Of a stretch of DNA of 64,000 bases, positions 1-13,726 are shown one piece after another. Where the stretch lies: assembly GCA_039621445.1 (NCBI GenBank), contig CP154954.1, positions 12,952,716-13,016,715 of the forward strand, written 5' to 3'. The notes beneath the pieces were generated by a model that was not told where the DNA came from, did not search any database, and saw nothing but the letters and a program-made list of their open reading frames with translations. Source of the stretch: Euglena gracilis (Eukaryota). The translations under genes were made by a program, and so were the position numbers. Each line of letters starts with the position of its first letter. The first letter of the stretch is position 1.

Positions 1-1369
1 CGACGAGGAACGGTTGTATGCAAATGCAATACTGATTTTTTCATCATTTTCACAGTTTATGTAAACCGACATGAAAATGATCGGCCTTCAGAGATTATGT
101 TCCCACCCGTATGTGTTTCATTTCGGCTTTTCGGCTTTTTGCCATTTTTCTCACATTTTGCTTTTTCGCCGTTTTTCCGACAGCAAAAAAAAAGCTGTTT
201 CGCCGTTTTCACCGATGGCGAAGTGATTTTTTCGCCGTTTTGACAAATAGCCATTCTGAAAAAAATCGGATTCTGATGGGTGGGAACTTAAGTCATACAA
301 AATTGCGCATGGTGTGGAGACAAATTTTTTGTCACAGTACGTAATTTACCGAACAGGATGCATTATCTGAGACCGGAGTTTCTTCATTATGCAATAGTTT
401 GCAATAATCCAGTATTCACAGTGGTTGGTGTGCAAATGTGCGCGTGAATTGTATTTTGAAAAACAACGAGTTCCGGAATTCAAAGTTGCGCATCTGTGAT
501 ATTCCTGTTAACTGGATCAAAATACCGGCTTTTGTTGCTCTTGTTGCTGCATTTTTGCATTTGTGATGATGCCAGTTTTCCATGGACCTGAAACATGTCC
601 ACCCCCCCCATTCTGACGACCCAGTCGTAGAGGATAACGTACCGACGACCCCCGGGGGTTGTTGGCAGCCTGGTAGCTGCCAGAACGCCATCACCTGCAA
701 TTGTGTAACGTGACTGTTGCGAAATCCAGGGGACGAACGGCAGGGGCTTTTGAGGATTTACCATAAGCCTAGTGCCGCTGGTGGGCGTGGTCCGCGACGT
801 GCACTTGGTTAACCACCTACCAGAGGTCTCCGTTTGGAAATGGACCTGGACCTGAAAAACCTGGTTGTTGGGAAGAGGGTGTGATAGCTGGAGTTGTGCA
901 CACCCGAAGAAGCTAATGCCAGTGTTGGTTGGGGCGGTACCTGATGGGGTCTGTCTGAACTGGACCAGGTTTTGAATGGTGTTGAGCTCTTAATGGGACT
1001 TGCACGTAATGGACGGCCGAAAAGACTAGCATTGCAAATTTCCCATAAATTATTATTTACAAATTCCACACCTGCAATTTACTGTTACTTACAGTAATCT
1101 TTGAAAGGTTAAGAGGTCAGCGACCCCCTCCCATACCCCTACACCCTAGACACCCCTTTGCGACCGAAAACTGGAGGTTGGAGGGGGGTCCTCCCACCCC
1201 CCCCCTCCCCCGAGATTCCCATACAAGCCTGGGGGTGTTATTCGCTGCCACACTTTACGGATTGGGCCGGAGCCAAGGTCCACAATCTGGCTGAGGTGTC
1301 TCAAGATCAATCCGCTTTTAGTTGTAAAAATTTGATTTTTTTTGATCCTCAATCAAGTTTTGTGGGCAA

Positions 1370-1490
1370 CAAAATTTTTTCTGGACACCCAAAAATTTTT
1401 TGTGGTTCACCTGTGGACACCAAAAAAATTTTGTGGTTCACATGTGGACACCCCAAAAAATTGTGGTTCACATGTCTTTTGTGAACCACA
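1370..1490. repeat. ~32-bp tandem minisatellite (ttgtggttcac(c/a)tgtggacacc) ending in an inverted unit
   Basis: Three copies of tgtggttcac, followed by gtgaaccaca. Confidence 0.8.
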
Positions 1491-4400
1491 CTAAATGTGA
1501 AGGGGCTCATCCCCGCGGCAAATTTGGGGCAGACTCCCGGCCCTTCCCGGGACTCCGGGCCCTTCTCTCCGCTGTGGACCATTTCCCCTCCAGTCTGCAA
1601 CGCCTTGATAAACACCCCAAACACACACTCCTTCCCTCCCATAAACCCCCATCATTTTCCCCTCCAGAAATCACCCAAACAAAATGTAAAACCCGAGATC
1701 TTTGGAGAACGAAGATGGACCGTTTATTCCTCCTCATTTCACCCGTCCTCATTCCTGCTGACGGTGACGAAAACCGAAATGCAACAGAAAAGAGATTTTC
1801 CCCCATTTTCATCCCCACACAAAAAAAATAAAATTCATTTGACCCCCACACCCCACACATGCTGCTTCAGAAAGTAAAAAGAAACTTGTTTTTGCCCCAC
1901 AGCCCGTGCAGAATTTTTCTGTGGTGGCGTTGAAAACATATTTTTGAGATTGTTTTTCATTTTCGTACACGACAGTTTAATGAACATTTTTTTTACAAAT
2001 TAATATTATTCCACTCCAGTTCAAAAAGTGTTTATTTCTTGAAGTGAATATTTCGGAACCTGTTTGTTTTATTGTCATATTCTGGCTTCCTTGGGCAGCT
2101 GTGCGTAACTGTGTGGACCAGCCATTCCATGTCAAAAACGATTATATGAGGCTCTGCGGACCCCCCTGGGGACCCTCCCCCCGGAGCCTTCCCAGAGGGC
2201 AGCCCAAATCAGTGAAAAATGTTTGCTCGTGGCATTTCAAGTCAGTTTGGCACCCACCCACCCACGGTTGAAAATAGGCCAATGTGACTTTGGCCTTTAC
2301 ATTCCAGTGGGTGGCCATTCCCATGTTCTCCATTCCACATCACAGCCTCCGTCGCCATATAACCACCGTGCGGGCCATGTTTGCCGCATTCCTTTAGGTT
2401 ACTTAGGTTACATTTCCTGCTACAAGTTCACATGTGTTGCTGCTCTTTTCCAGTCACTCTCATTTTCTAACGTCTATTTTTGTCTCCTCCCATTCTCTTT
2501 CTGATTTCTTTGTTCTTTGTATTTTTTGTTGAATTATTTGAGTGCTAGAAAATAGGACAACCTCAGTGGTACGTGGGGAAAACCGCGATCCTTTTTGGAA
2601 GGACATTTGGAATGGCCAACACATATGCTTCCTTCGAAAAAATGATCCTGGTTGATTCTGGGTTTGTTCCATTGGAACTATCTGCTCCAGCATAGCGGGT
2701 GTGTTGCATGTGTCTCAATGAGACAGACAGTCAGACACTCAGGCAGAGAAAGAATATTGACACGAAGAATGAGAGGGAGGGGTGTGGCTGGTGGTTCTTC
2801 CTGGGACCCCTGGGGTCCCCTATTGGAGGCAGGATTTTGGCTAAAGAAAACCATGATTTGGCTTTAAAACTGGAAACTGAATGGATGTTCCTATTGCGAT
2901 CTCAGGGATACCTATTCTGATGTGAGCCACCTCGGACCCTCTGCGGAGTTATTTCGAGCCTCCGCGGAGGCTAGTTACCATTAGACCAACAAAAAGTCAG
3001 TATTCCATTTTTGCAGTAGACCCGCACCTTCTTACACCGTTTCCATATGCCGATTCGCACGCAGAAACACATTCATGGAAAACAGGCAGAGTCGATTTTC
3101 TTCGGATTGCAGAGTGGCTGACCCATTGTAGTGACTGATTGTAAAGTGTCTGACTGGTTTTTCAAAAAGACCCCCCGCTGGGGGTAAAAAATTCTATAGT
3201 CCAGAGAAGAGTCGAGAAGAACGGAAGTTCAGACAGCTCCGGTTTTCCCGGTGTTTATTTGATATATTTTGCAAGAACGAAAATATGTGCAATGAACCTG
3301 ATGGGTGCAATGGAGCAGCAGCACACCACGCCGCGGACCAGTTTCTTGGAGCCATTTTGCGAACCCACCCAGGTTACAGTGGACACCCCCCGCCCCGTGA
3401 CAGCTGACCTTCAACCTACCCACCAGTATCAGCCCACAAGACAAGGAGCCTGGCCTCTGATTCTGCAACATGTAATTCATATATGATGCCAATATCTCTC
3501 ATTTAATTTAGAGTGTTTGTTTCCTAGACATGAATGAATTGAAGCACAGACCAATATTTGACCAAATAATTTTCGTTGCCTCCTTCACCGTATTTTTGAC
3601 ATTTTTTTTCAACTGTATGTCAGGAATTGGGGCTCATACCAAAACAGAAAACTACGGACGATTACAGATTGCTGCGGATAAGCCCAAAACCCCAACTATG
3701 AATAATTAATGATAACTGCAGATAAGCCAATTTTTTTTTGATTGTTGAGGCCATTAGCCACTTTCCGCTGTTGCATCTGGTTTTGCTACTTTGCTACATT
3801 TGCTACTTTTTGGCTGCTTCTGGCTGCTTTTTTTTTTTGGCAATTCTGGCCTCCTTTAGCCCTTTGTTTTTCGTCACCTTTAGCCGTTTCTGACTGCTTT
3901 TGTTTGCATTTTGTCGTTTTGGCTGATTCTGACGGTTTTGGCCGCTTCCACTATTTTTTAGCCAACAGTTGGCCATTTCTGGCTGTTCCTGGCCGCTTTC
4001 ATCCATTTTGTGGCCATTTGGCTATTTTTGACCTGTATCAGCCTTTTGTGCCCCCTTTTTTAAAGGCCGCTTTGCTGCTTCTGGCTGTTTCTGGCAGCTA
4101 CTGGCTGACTTATTCATTTTTGGTAACATTTTGCTTTTTGTGAGCATTTCAGAGATATTAGGATCAGTCTTTCTGTTGGTTGCAGCCAATTCTGGGTGGA
4201 TGTCCCCAGTCAACGCAAGCGTCGTTGCAATTTCTGGATTATTTGCAAATAATTACAAATAACAACAAATGGCGCCCCATGATTCCATGATGGCACCCTC
4301 TGATTATCGTCCTAATGATCGCCTCTCAAGAGCGATGCAAGGCTTGCAGCTGTCATTCAGTCTCTACTAAGACCCCGCCAAGACCCCGTGCCCTGGTTGC

Positions 4401-6377
4401 TATTGCTGTGCCTACACCAGGTGCGAGCACCCATGACCCATGATCCGCATCTGTTCACTGCCCTCTTTGTTTGACGAGGTGCCTTTTCGCACTCCATGCA
4501 GGGCGTCGCTTAAGGAAGGGCACCTCATCTCCGGGTGGGAGGGTCCACCAGCCAGCTGCCTTTGATTTTACAGTCCCAGCAAGAATCTTTTGAGGGACAC
4601 AAACGGACCAAATAAAGCAGGCAAGAATGGTCTGGAAAACTTTTGGCTTGCTAAATATTTGGGTGGAAAATCAAATGTTTTGCATAGTTGACTTTTTGTT
4701 TTCTTTTTTTTTGCAGCTTTGATTTTCTTTCGATCCAGTTCTGCCCCAGCAGCCTTTGTGCCTTTGTCCTGCTGCACCCCCCCACCCTGGTGGGTTTCTC
4801 AGGCGACGCCCTGTTTCCAAATTTGTGTTCTTGCAAGCTTCAGCTGCTTTCGAGACATTTAGCTCTTCCTGCCTCTCCTGATACTCCAACATGGCAACCG
4901 TCGGAATGTGTTCAACTCCCAGCCGAAGGGGTGGGGGTGGATGGGACCACCGCAGTGCATACCTCATCCCAGGGATCGAAAATGTGTTATGTGTGTTAAA
5001 TCACAGGATACACCCAGTCAGCGTTCGATTTCTGATTAGCTATTTTTTTTGGATCTGATCCTTTTTGAATTTTTTCTGAATCTTTTCTGAACATTTTTAA
5101 ACTCTTTCCTTCTTATTTTGGGTATTTCCAAGCCTTTCTGTGATTATCAAGAACTCGTGGCGCACTTTTTTTCCTCCGCCCAGGTTCTGGGGGAAACAAG
5201 TCTGGTAATTGGCTGGTTTGACATCACAGTTCTTTTGGGACGTGTTTTACTCTTATCACGGCAATATATCTTATGGTATTATCAGCAGGAAATTACTCAA
5301 ACATCCAGGATACCCCCAAATGAACACGAAAAAAAATTATATTACACGTATTATACACACAATTTAATCATATTGATATTATACATCAACAATATATTGT
5401 CAGAATAATTTTCTGATAACAGAACTCGGCAGGATAAGTGATGTAACAACTCGTTTATTTTCTTCTGATTTGCATAACCACATCCCATTTCTTGGGGGTC
5501 CTGATTAGGTTTTACTCTCCTCGTTCTTTTGCGCCACACCGATATACCGTCATGCCACAGTTTAGGGGGGGGGTGGCGCTCCCCGGCTCTTGGACCTCCT
5601 GCCTGGCCTTGAGTCCAACGCTGGGTTGGCTGCCTTGGAAGCCCCCCAAACAGTCAAATGCGCTCACCGTTGCCGTCCCAGCCAGACGGGTGTCTTGTGT
5701 GAAAAACACATTTATTCCGGCTGACCGCTTTCTGGCCCACCCAAATCCCCACCATCAGAAGCGCACCAATGGGGCACCACTGGACCACACTCTGCACAAC
5801 ATTCTTGCCGAAAAAGGCAGCTTTTCCTGGTTGACGTGTGTGTCTCTGTGGTTGATTTGTCAATTCATGCAACTGAAGACCTTCTGAAAATGAAGATATG
5901 TTGGCATGGATTTAAGCGGGTGCGCAGTATTCTCTTCTGGTCCAATGCGATCTTTTTGGATACGATGGCTCCATAAATTTGTACGTATTTTATTTTGCTT
6001 TTTGCTAATAAAAAAGGTCAAGAGACCAAAAATGAAAATTATGCGCCAATAAAAAATTCAATATGATGATGAAAAGGGGTAACACATTCCTAAAAATGTC
6101 TGAAATTCGACTTGAATTTTTAAAAGCAGCTTGTGTACATTGTGCTAGCTCGCAACAAATGACTGGCCAGAAGTGGCAAAAATGATCAAATAGTGACCCT
6201 GAAACGGTGAAAAATGGCCCCAGTAATGAATTAAAAGTCAAATGCCGAAATGGCCTCCCTTCGGAGCTTGCCACCACCCCGCCCCTCCTTCCATGCAAAC
6301 TTGGCCCCCCTAAAGCTTGGCCTTCCTATTTTTAAGGTTTTTGGTTTATTTTGCCTCTGGCCCACCACATTTCTAAA

Positions 6378-6555
6378 CCCCCCCCCATGCCCAATGAATG
6401 CCATTGCCCAATGAACAGGGGCTGTTCGGACCGTTTAGATCGTCACCATAATCCTTATCTACACAGAAATCGTACCCCGATGCCCAATGAACGCCCCCCT
6501 GTTCGAACCGTCTAGAATGTCACCTTAGTGTTCACTGGGCGTGGGGGGGGGGAGG
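6378..6555. mobile_element. MITE with C-run/GGAGG termini
   Basis: ccccccccatgcccaatgaa ... ttcactgggcgtggggggggggagg|ta. Same right terminus GGAGG|TA as 11786-11965. Confidence 0.55.
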
Positions 6556-7449
6556 TACAAACACAAAGGTACAAATTTGGCCCCCTAAGGTTGTCCCCCC
6601 CCCCGCCTTGCCTTCCATCGTGGCCCGGGTCAAGCGGCCTGGCCTGGCCGATGGCCCGGCGGCCCGGCTCAGCACAGTCCGGGAAGCCCAAAAAGATGAT
6701 TTCGGTATATAAAAAAAACAACTTTTTTTTGTCGACATCTTTGACCCGTAAATTTATTTCGACATTTTTAACCGGGAAATGACCCAAAACTCAAGCAGCC
6801 GGATTTGCATTTAAGCTTTTTCGTGTTGGTTTGTGCATTTGCGCAAATTACCTAATTAATTTTTTTTCCGGTTGTGTGGCTCCAGGGGGTTTGAAAACAC
6901 GGCAACAAGAGGTGCAAAAAATGAGCAAAGTTCTGTTTTTGGCGGTGTGACCCCTGTTACTTTGGGGGGAAATGGTGTTTTTGGGGCTCCGAAAATTGGC
7001 TCGGAATTTCGAAAACCCCGGGACCTTCCCCCCCGGGAGTGGAAAAAAAACACAAAAAAAAAAGCGGCACAGGATCTTTGCTGCCCTTTTTGCTCTTTTT
7101 TGTTGTTTCCCCCGGTGAACCCGATCTGCCGGCGCTGTGTGTCCTGGGTGATTGCAGAACTGTTTTTCTTGCGGCGCCTTGGTGTGGTGTTTTTGGGGAG
7201 TTTGGTAAAGCGCAGGGAGGAAGTGCCGGGGTGTGTGGGTGTGGTGTGACCAAGCCGGCAGGAAGGACATAGGGTAAGTAAGACAAGTGCGGGGTGTTTG
7301 GCAAAGGGTGCGCAGAGGGGAAGAAATAGGGTGCACAGTGAATGAAAGGGACGGGTGTCGCCCACCCAATTTATACTATAAAATATATATAATTATATTA
7401 TACAGTATTATATTATAGTAATTATATTATATAATTAATAATTATATAA

Positions 7450-7917
7450 TAGGGAATTTCTTAAGCCAGAGGGTCCCTACCCCCTCGGGGGGGGGGTCCA
7501 GCCAGCCAGCCAGCTCAAATCCAGCCAGCAGTCCAAATTTGGGCTGGGATCCCCCCACCCCGGGGGTCGACTGAAATAAAGTCGGGTCCAGCCCGGCCGG
7601 AGGCCGGGCCAGCCGGCCGCAGGCTGTCCAGCCAATTGGGCGGCCCAGTTCAACTATCCATGCATTTTTCCCCCTCATCAAAGCTTCCTCCATCGCAGCC
7701 CCCCAGCCTTGAGCTGGCTCTATCCATCAAATTGTCGAAAACGGGAAAACTTTGTTAGAAATTTTTGTTTTTAACCGACCCAGCACAGCCCAGACCCCTC
7801 CAGCCCCGGACCCCCCCCCCGGGGGGTCCAGCCAGCAGCTCATTTCCAGCCAGCAGCCTTTTTGCCAGCCGGAGGCTGGACCCCCCCCCCCCGGGGGGGT
7901 CCTTAAGAAATTCCCTG
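7450..7917. mobile_element. MITE, probably hAT-derived
   Basis: TIR (t)agggaatttcttaag / cttaagaaattccct(g); internal ccagc repeats; no clear TSD. Confidence 0.7.
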
Positions 7918-7946
7918 ATCTGCACAGCCCGGCAGAAGAAGCCCAA

Positions 7947-8048
7947 CCCTTGAAGGATAAAATTGTGTTTATGGGCGCAAATGCGCACCAACATGATTAT
8001 GTTGGTGCGCTCATTTGCGCTTATAAGCACAATTTTGTCTTTCAAGGG
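7947..8048 (+). repeat. ~100-nt fold-back palindrome
   Basis: Arm 7947-7994 pairs with 7999-8048 around a 4-nt loop, with one 2-nt bulge. Confidence 0.9.
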
Positions 8049-11000
8049 ATGAGGTTTAGTGCCCATGACGCCGTTGATGAACGGTGTGACAAAGGGGCCG
8101 TGACACCGCAGATCAGCGGGCCATCCAGAAACATAATTTCGTGGGCCGCCTAAGAAAAAGCATGGGGTTCGGGCTCAGAACAGGTCGAAAAAACACTCAT
8201 TTTCTGCTCGAGAACAGTTTTTTCTGGGTCCAGGAGGCCAAAAAAATACATGGATTTAGGCAGAATAAATTTTCGCTTTTTTTTCGACTTCCTGGGCCCA
8301 AGAGTCCGAAGGAAGCCTGCCGCGCTATTTTGGGCCGTAAATGGCCATATCTCGGGCTTGGCAGGGAGTTACGGGAAAATCAAAATGCCATTAGGTAGGG
8401 TGTTCCAAGGGCTTCAATTTAGGTCTCCGGGCCTTTATGATTTTGTTTCATTTCCGAGATATTTTAGAAACATCAATTTTTGACCTCTAAAATAGCCCAA
8501 AATGGCCCCAGAAACGTGCCAAAATTCATTAAAAAATGGCTGTAACTCGGACTACACGAAGATTTGGGGGAAAAGGAAAGCAACGTTGGGTGGGGCATTC
8601 CCAGGTTTGCTCTCCGGATTTTTCCTTTGATTTTGCTTCATTGTCCAGATATTTTGGAAATATCGATTATTTTGACCTCAAAAACCGTCCCAAAAAAACC
8701 CAAAATGGCTGTTTTGGGCCGCAAAAGCGCGCCGGAACACGGGCCAGGTGTCTCAGCAGCCAAAACGGCGAACGGAGGGTGATAGAGGTCCTCCAGGGGT
8801 ACATTTCTTCTGACCGACACTTCCGGAAATTATATTTTCTCGAGATATTTTCGAAAGTCGATTTATGACCGAAAATCCCCCCCCCCCGGCAAAATGGCAG
8901 AGTTGAAAATGGGGGGTTGACGAACCCCCACCCTTCGCGGGTGAATAACTCGGGGTCACACAAAGGTGATTCGAAAACTAGAAATCCAGTCTCTCGTGAC
9001 TGAAAAAAAGTTTTTCCGGGAACCGGGCCAAGGTCATGGTGATAATCTGCGGTTTTCATAACCATCCCAGGAGGGGGGAGGGTCTTTATACACCCCTTTT
9101 TCCTGGGTGGCAAGCTTCGCTTTTACTCTAAAGGGATAAGAGCTCAGCGAAAAATGAGACCGCACCACCCTCACCGTGGGCCGATCGACAGGGGGGGATT
9201 TGATATTTGCAATTCTTCCATTATTTCTGTAACATTTTTTTCCGGCAATCTTCCCTCCATTTTTTACATTTCCACAATGGGTTTTAGCCATTCTTTGAAC
9301 GTTCCACAAGGGAACAGAGGTGATTTTTTGTTGTCATGTTGCAGATTGGGAAGTAATTTCGATTAGAAAAACTCACAATCCATTTTATCAGAGACCAAAC
9401 GTTTCAGCTGTTTTTTTGCCGTTTTTTTTGGGGGGGGGGGATTTTTCACCAAATCAATTCCATATTTCCAGAGTCAGCATGTTCCCAAAATTCCAAAAGT
9501 CGTGTTTTTTTTTTGGACCTCTTTGGTGGAAAGATGCGAATTGCAGCTCAAAAGTTCCATATATGTTGCAAAATGACCAAATTTGTGCAAAAAAATTTTT
9601 ATGCTCTCTCCAGCAGAAGTGTATTCATTCCTAAAACCACAATTTCCACAATTTTTTGCGCAATTTTTCCGCAAGTCCAGCACTTTTTCAGCAATTTTTC
9701 CGAAGGTCTCCGATATCAATTCCCCTTCTCTCTTAACTCCTCAAAAAAGCAAGTCTCTTTTTTTTCAGAAAATATTTTTCCCTCCCCCTGATGCTTCGCA
9801 CCAGGCGTCTTATTTGGGTGCCTTATTTTTTTAATTTTTTCTCAATCGCAGCGTTGGTTTTGTACAGGGGGTTCCAGACCACCCCCCTCCCTTCTTCAGA
9901 CTGATGGGGGGTTGGAACCCCCAGGAACCAAAAACACTTTTTTGTTCTCCGGCTTTGCGCCGGAACACATGATTTTTTTCCTGAACATTTTGCTTATTTT
10001 TCAAAAAATCAAAAAATGTTGTTTTTGGGCCTTTCTCAAGTCCAATTCTACAGCGCTTTGTTTTTTTCCCAGGAGAGAGTCCAACACCGTCCCCCTCCAG
10101 GAGGTCCGGACCAGCCCCCCCCCCCCTGCCCGCTCATTTCATAACCTGGTTGAACCCCCTCCTTGTCAGAGACAAAAAAATATTTTAGTGACCGCCTCCC
10201 TGGTCAGAGACTGGGGGGTCGACTGCAGCTAGTCCAAACTTGGCTTGGACCCCCTGGGGGAGGGTCCGCTTGCAGGCTAGTGGTGTGCAAGTGACTGGCA
10301 GGAAGCACCGGAAAAAATTTTGTCCCCCCAAAGCCTGCCAAAAATGCCCGTTTTTTGGAATGTTTTTTTTGTACAAAACAAACCGAAAAAAAATCTCACC
10401 GAACACCCATTTTTGCCTGGGCGTGCAGCCTGTTTTTACCAGTTGGGGGGCCTGGGGGACCCGGACCCCGAACCGTTCAGGAGAGAGAAGTGGTGGATTT
10501 TCCAGTGGCAGGTTTTCAAAGCCCCTCGGGATCCCAAGCCTGGGTTTGCATGTGTGTATGTGCGTGTTTATGTTTGTGTATGTTTGTGTGTTTGGTTTTT
10601 GATTACCGGTCTTGATTTGCATTGCAAATTGTCCCATCGTGCTGATTTTTCGCATTGGCACTCGATTGACTCCACTGGTCCTGAACCTTTACACCTGCAA
10701 TCTGACTAAGTTTTTCAAAATTTATTCGTTCTGCCCTGCTTGCTATATATGCTACCTGCTTGCTGGAATACAGTAAGAGAGCACTTTCTTCCTTCTCACC
10801 TCATTCGTTGCACTGCGACCAGTTTGACCGTGCCACACCTTTGCCTGTGGTAAGTGTGAGGGTGCTTGTTTTAGTGGGCGTGTGTGCAGTGTCAACTGAA
10901 CTGTGCTCAAACCCTCCACTCCACTGGTGAGAGTGTGATGGAAAACTGCTTTTTGCTTTTTTTTCCTTGTCTGGCTCCTTGTCTTTTGAAAAGGTGATGT

Positions 11001-11785
11001 TTTTGGAGTTTTCCATTTTTTGAGTGGGTCCCACGGGACCCCCCCCCGGGTACCCCCCCCCCCAGGGGATGGGTGGGTTGATGGCCCTCCCCTCCCTCCC
11101 GGTTTTTAAAAAACCCCTGCATCCAGGCCATTTCGCATTCCCCGTTCGAAAGTGGTTAACCAACGATGGGGGGTCGGGCGTGAACCAGCAGTGCTTGACG
11201 GACAAGATATCGGAAGATTTGGCACAATGCTGCACTACGTTTTCATGGCATGCTCCCTTTCTAACCCATTGTGGAACCATGCAATGTGCTGAAGCGTCCC
11301 CCACTGGCTGTATCATTTGTTGAAGGTTGCAGCCTAATTTTTTTGAGTTGGATTGGACATTGTGAATTGGTCCATGTGAATAAGAATCTCAACTGCACCA
11401 GAACCCCCCAAATGTTCTGCTTCCCCAATTTTAATATTTTTGGTGGGATTTCAAGATCCACAGGGGGGGGCGGGGATTTACATTTTGGTGGGGGATGTCG
11501 TCAGTGATCTGGGTGAACAACACAAAATTTGTTTACACGCTATTTTCCCCAAATAATGGACATTTTTTTGTCCAAATTTGACATTTTCTGGTGAAACTGA
11601 TTATGTGCACCCAAAACTTTTCTGCTTTCTCCTGAATGGCACCATTGGCGGGCTTTGTGTTTGGGGCACCTGGGGGGTTTGCAATATTTTTGTGAACAAC
11701 ATCTTGAATTTCTGGGACAGGGACGCGCTTGGCTTTCGGAAGTTGAAAGTACCATGCTACATATGTATGAATGCATACACATGTG

Positions 11786-11965
11786 CCTCCCCCCCCTTGT
11801 CGTTGACACGGCGTGTCGTTGAAACATCCCCCGTGTCAACGACACTTTTCTGGAACACTACCTATTGAATCACAGTGACATTGACATGGCGTGTCGTTGA
11901 CACACCCCCCGTGTCAACGGCACTCTCCTGGAACATTGGCGTGTCAACGACAAGGGGGGGGGAGG
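11786..11965. mobile_element. MITE with ~25-bp TIRs
   Basis: cctcccccccccttgtcgttgacac / gtgtcaacgacaagggggggggagg. The paralogous site at 17340 (gttgaaagtagcagtttgact) lacks it. Confidence 0.8.
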
Positions 11966-12640
11966 TAGTAAGTTTGACTGCTTCAACCTATGCCAATCAG
12001 CCAATCTCCCCCGCCGACAGCTTTTGTACCACTTTTGGACAGACTAAATTGCACAGCTTCCCACGCTTTCCCCTGCTTGGAGCACAGGCTTCTTCGGGTA
12101 TTCTAAAATGCTGGTGAGTGAATTTTGAAGTCAAACCTGCTGGTTCACGAGGGTCATGTGCGGATTTTGCGCATTTGTCGCAGTTTTTTAATTTGGTCCC
12201 CCCCCCGGGTTATTGGTCCTCATCAGGGACCAATAACCAATTTAAACAATTTTTTTTTATCTTGGACCCCGGGGGGGGGGAAGGGTGGGTGGGCCGGCCA
12301 AGCCCACATTCCACCGGTGCTATACTTCGGCGCCGCAGGCACCAAACTTTTTTTGAAAAGAGTGCTTTTTTTCAGCCCCCATCCTCCTGAAATACCCCCC
12401 CCCCTAAAGTTGGCCTTTGGCCTTTTGCACATGGCCGCCGAAATTCTTGACATGCAGATTTGGCCCCCCTGATTTTGCCCCCCCCCGTCCGTACCTTCAA
12501 TCATGCCCCGGGGGAGGATGGGGAGGTAAGTGGAATCCAGACTGAAACTCGGTACGCTTCGGAGTAAAAAGAATTCACCAGAATCCCCGAAATATCTGTT
12601 TCCGAAGAAAACCTTCCCCAATTCCTTTGGGTGTCGGAGC

Positions 12641-12942
12641 CAGGCTTGTGCTTAGTTGGGTGCCTACCCCACGGGGGGGGGTGCTAGGGGCAGGCACCCT
12701 ATAGCACCCGTCCGACCCCCCCCCCGGAGGAGGTAGGGTTTTTTGGGCATGCCTGCACATAGCAGGCACCCCCCTCCGACCCCGGCGGCAAAGGTGCCCG
12801 GGGGTCCAGTAAAAAAATCCATTTTCAATGAAAAATTTCTGGTCCCCCCAGACCCCACCCCCTCCCCGGGGGTGTGCCTGCTGGGGACACCCTTTAGCAC
12901 CCACCCACCCCCCTCCCCCCCCGGTCGGTAAGCACAAGCCTG
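12641..12942. mobile_element. hAT-type MITE
   Basis: 14-bp TIR caggcttgtgctta / taagcacaagcctg; 8-mer gtcggagc at 12633 and 12955; empty site at ~17587. Confidence 0.8.
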
Positions 12943-13451
12943 TTCAGGCTCCGAGTCGGAGCCCGGAAGCCGTGCTGCAAGCTTGCTACGATTGAGGTGT
13001 GGAAGCGGCACAAGCTGCTGGGAACCTTGCTAAGTGGTTGCCTCCATGGGCTGTTGATCACAGAGGCTTTTGCTTTTGGCCCTTGTTGGCGTTTCTATGG
13101 GTTTCCTCATTTGGAACCAACCTGTGTGCAAGCACCAATAACGCTGTTCTTCAAACTCATTTTTTTGTGTTGGGTATATCATTTTGTAAATTTCTGATCC
13201 ACAACTCTCTAATCCCATCGACAGAAATGCTTCTTTTGCATTTCCAACTCAGGCGAATTATCTTTGATGTGAAGTTGGGGAACGGGATCGAATTCCTCGG
13301 GTCGCCCGGTCTCCCCCTCGGGTTTCAAAGTACCCCCCACGGGGATCTGTGAAAACTGACGGGCCAGCGAACTTTTGTTGTGTTTGATGTTTTTTCAAAT
13401 GAACATGTTGAAACCGCGGCTCGTTTTCGGCGTCCCATTTTCCGGCCCTGG

Positions 13452-13726
13452 CGGTCTCTTCCTCACGCCGTTGTGCCTCTGCCACTTAGCCGGGGCACTC
13501 CCCCCCTCCGGTCTCCACCGCCAGCGCTGGTTGTACCTCCAGCGCTGGGCCTTCCACACGCGCCCAGCCACCGCGAGTCGCGCACTCTCGGTCTCTTCCT
13601 CCCGCCGTTGTGCCTCTGCCACTTAGCCGGGGCACTCCCCCCTCCGGTCTCCACCGCCAGCGCTGGTTGTACCTCCAGCGCTGGGCCTTCCACACGCGCC
13701 CAGCCACCGCGAGTCGCGCACTCTCG
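13452..13726. repeat. 137-bp tandem duplication inside a GC-rich module (single copy at 21080-21230 and 48355-48500)
   Basis: cggtctcttcctc at 13452 and 13589; units almost identical. Confidence 0.9.

Larger units (their letters stand above)
10215..13150. repeat. Internal multi-kb repeat module (also ~14455-17760, ~39450-40350, ~41960-43780)
   Basis: Shared anchors ggtcgactgcagctagtccaa (10217, 14458, 41961), gttgcactgcgacca (10808, 15083, 39843, 42592) and aagcttgctac.attgaggtgtgg (12979, 17611, 43625). Confidence 0.85.

Noticed and set aside
810-1030. Protein-like fragment EMDLDLKNLVVGK..LSELDQVLNGVELL
   Set aside because: Multiple stops, short, and no family recognised.
5026-5051. tttctgattagctattttttttgg resembles the Euglena spliced leader as I recall it
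   Set aside because: Low complexity, several mismatches, no GT donor afterwards, and the paralog at ~37136 loses the match.
5870-5895. ctgaaga-ccttct-gaaa as a minimal hammerhead (also isolated CTGANGA hits near 11500, 12221, 32055, 59411)
   Set aside because: No supporting stems or cleavage triplet, and the paralog at 38610 lacks the core.
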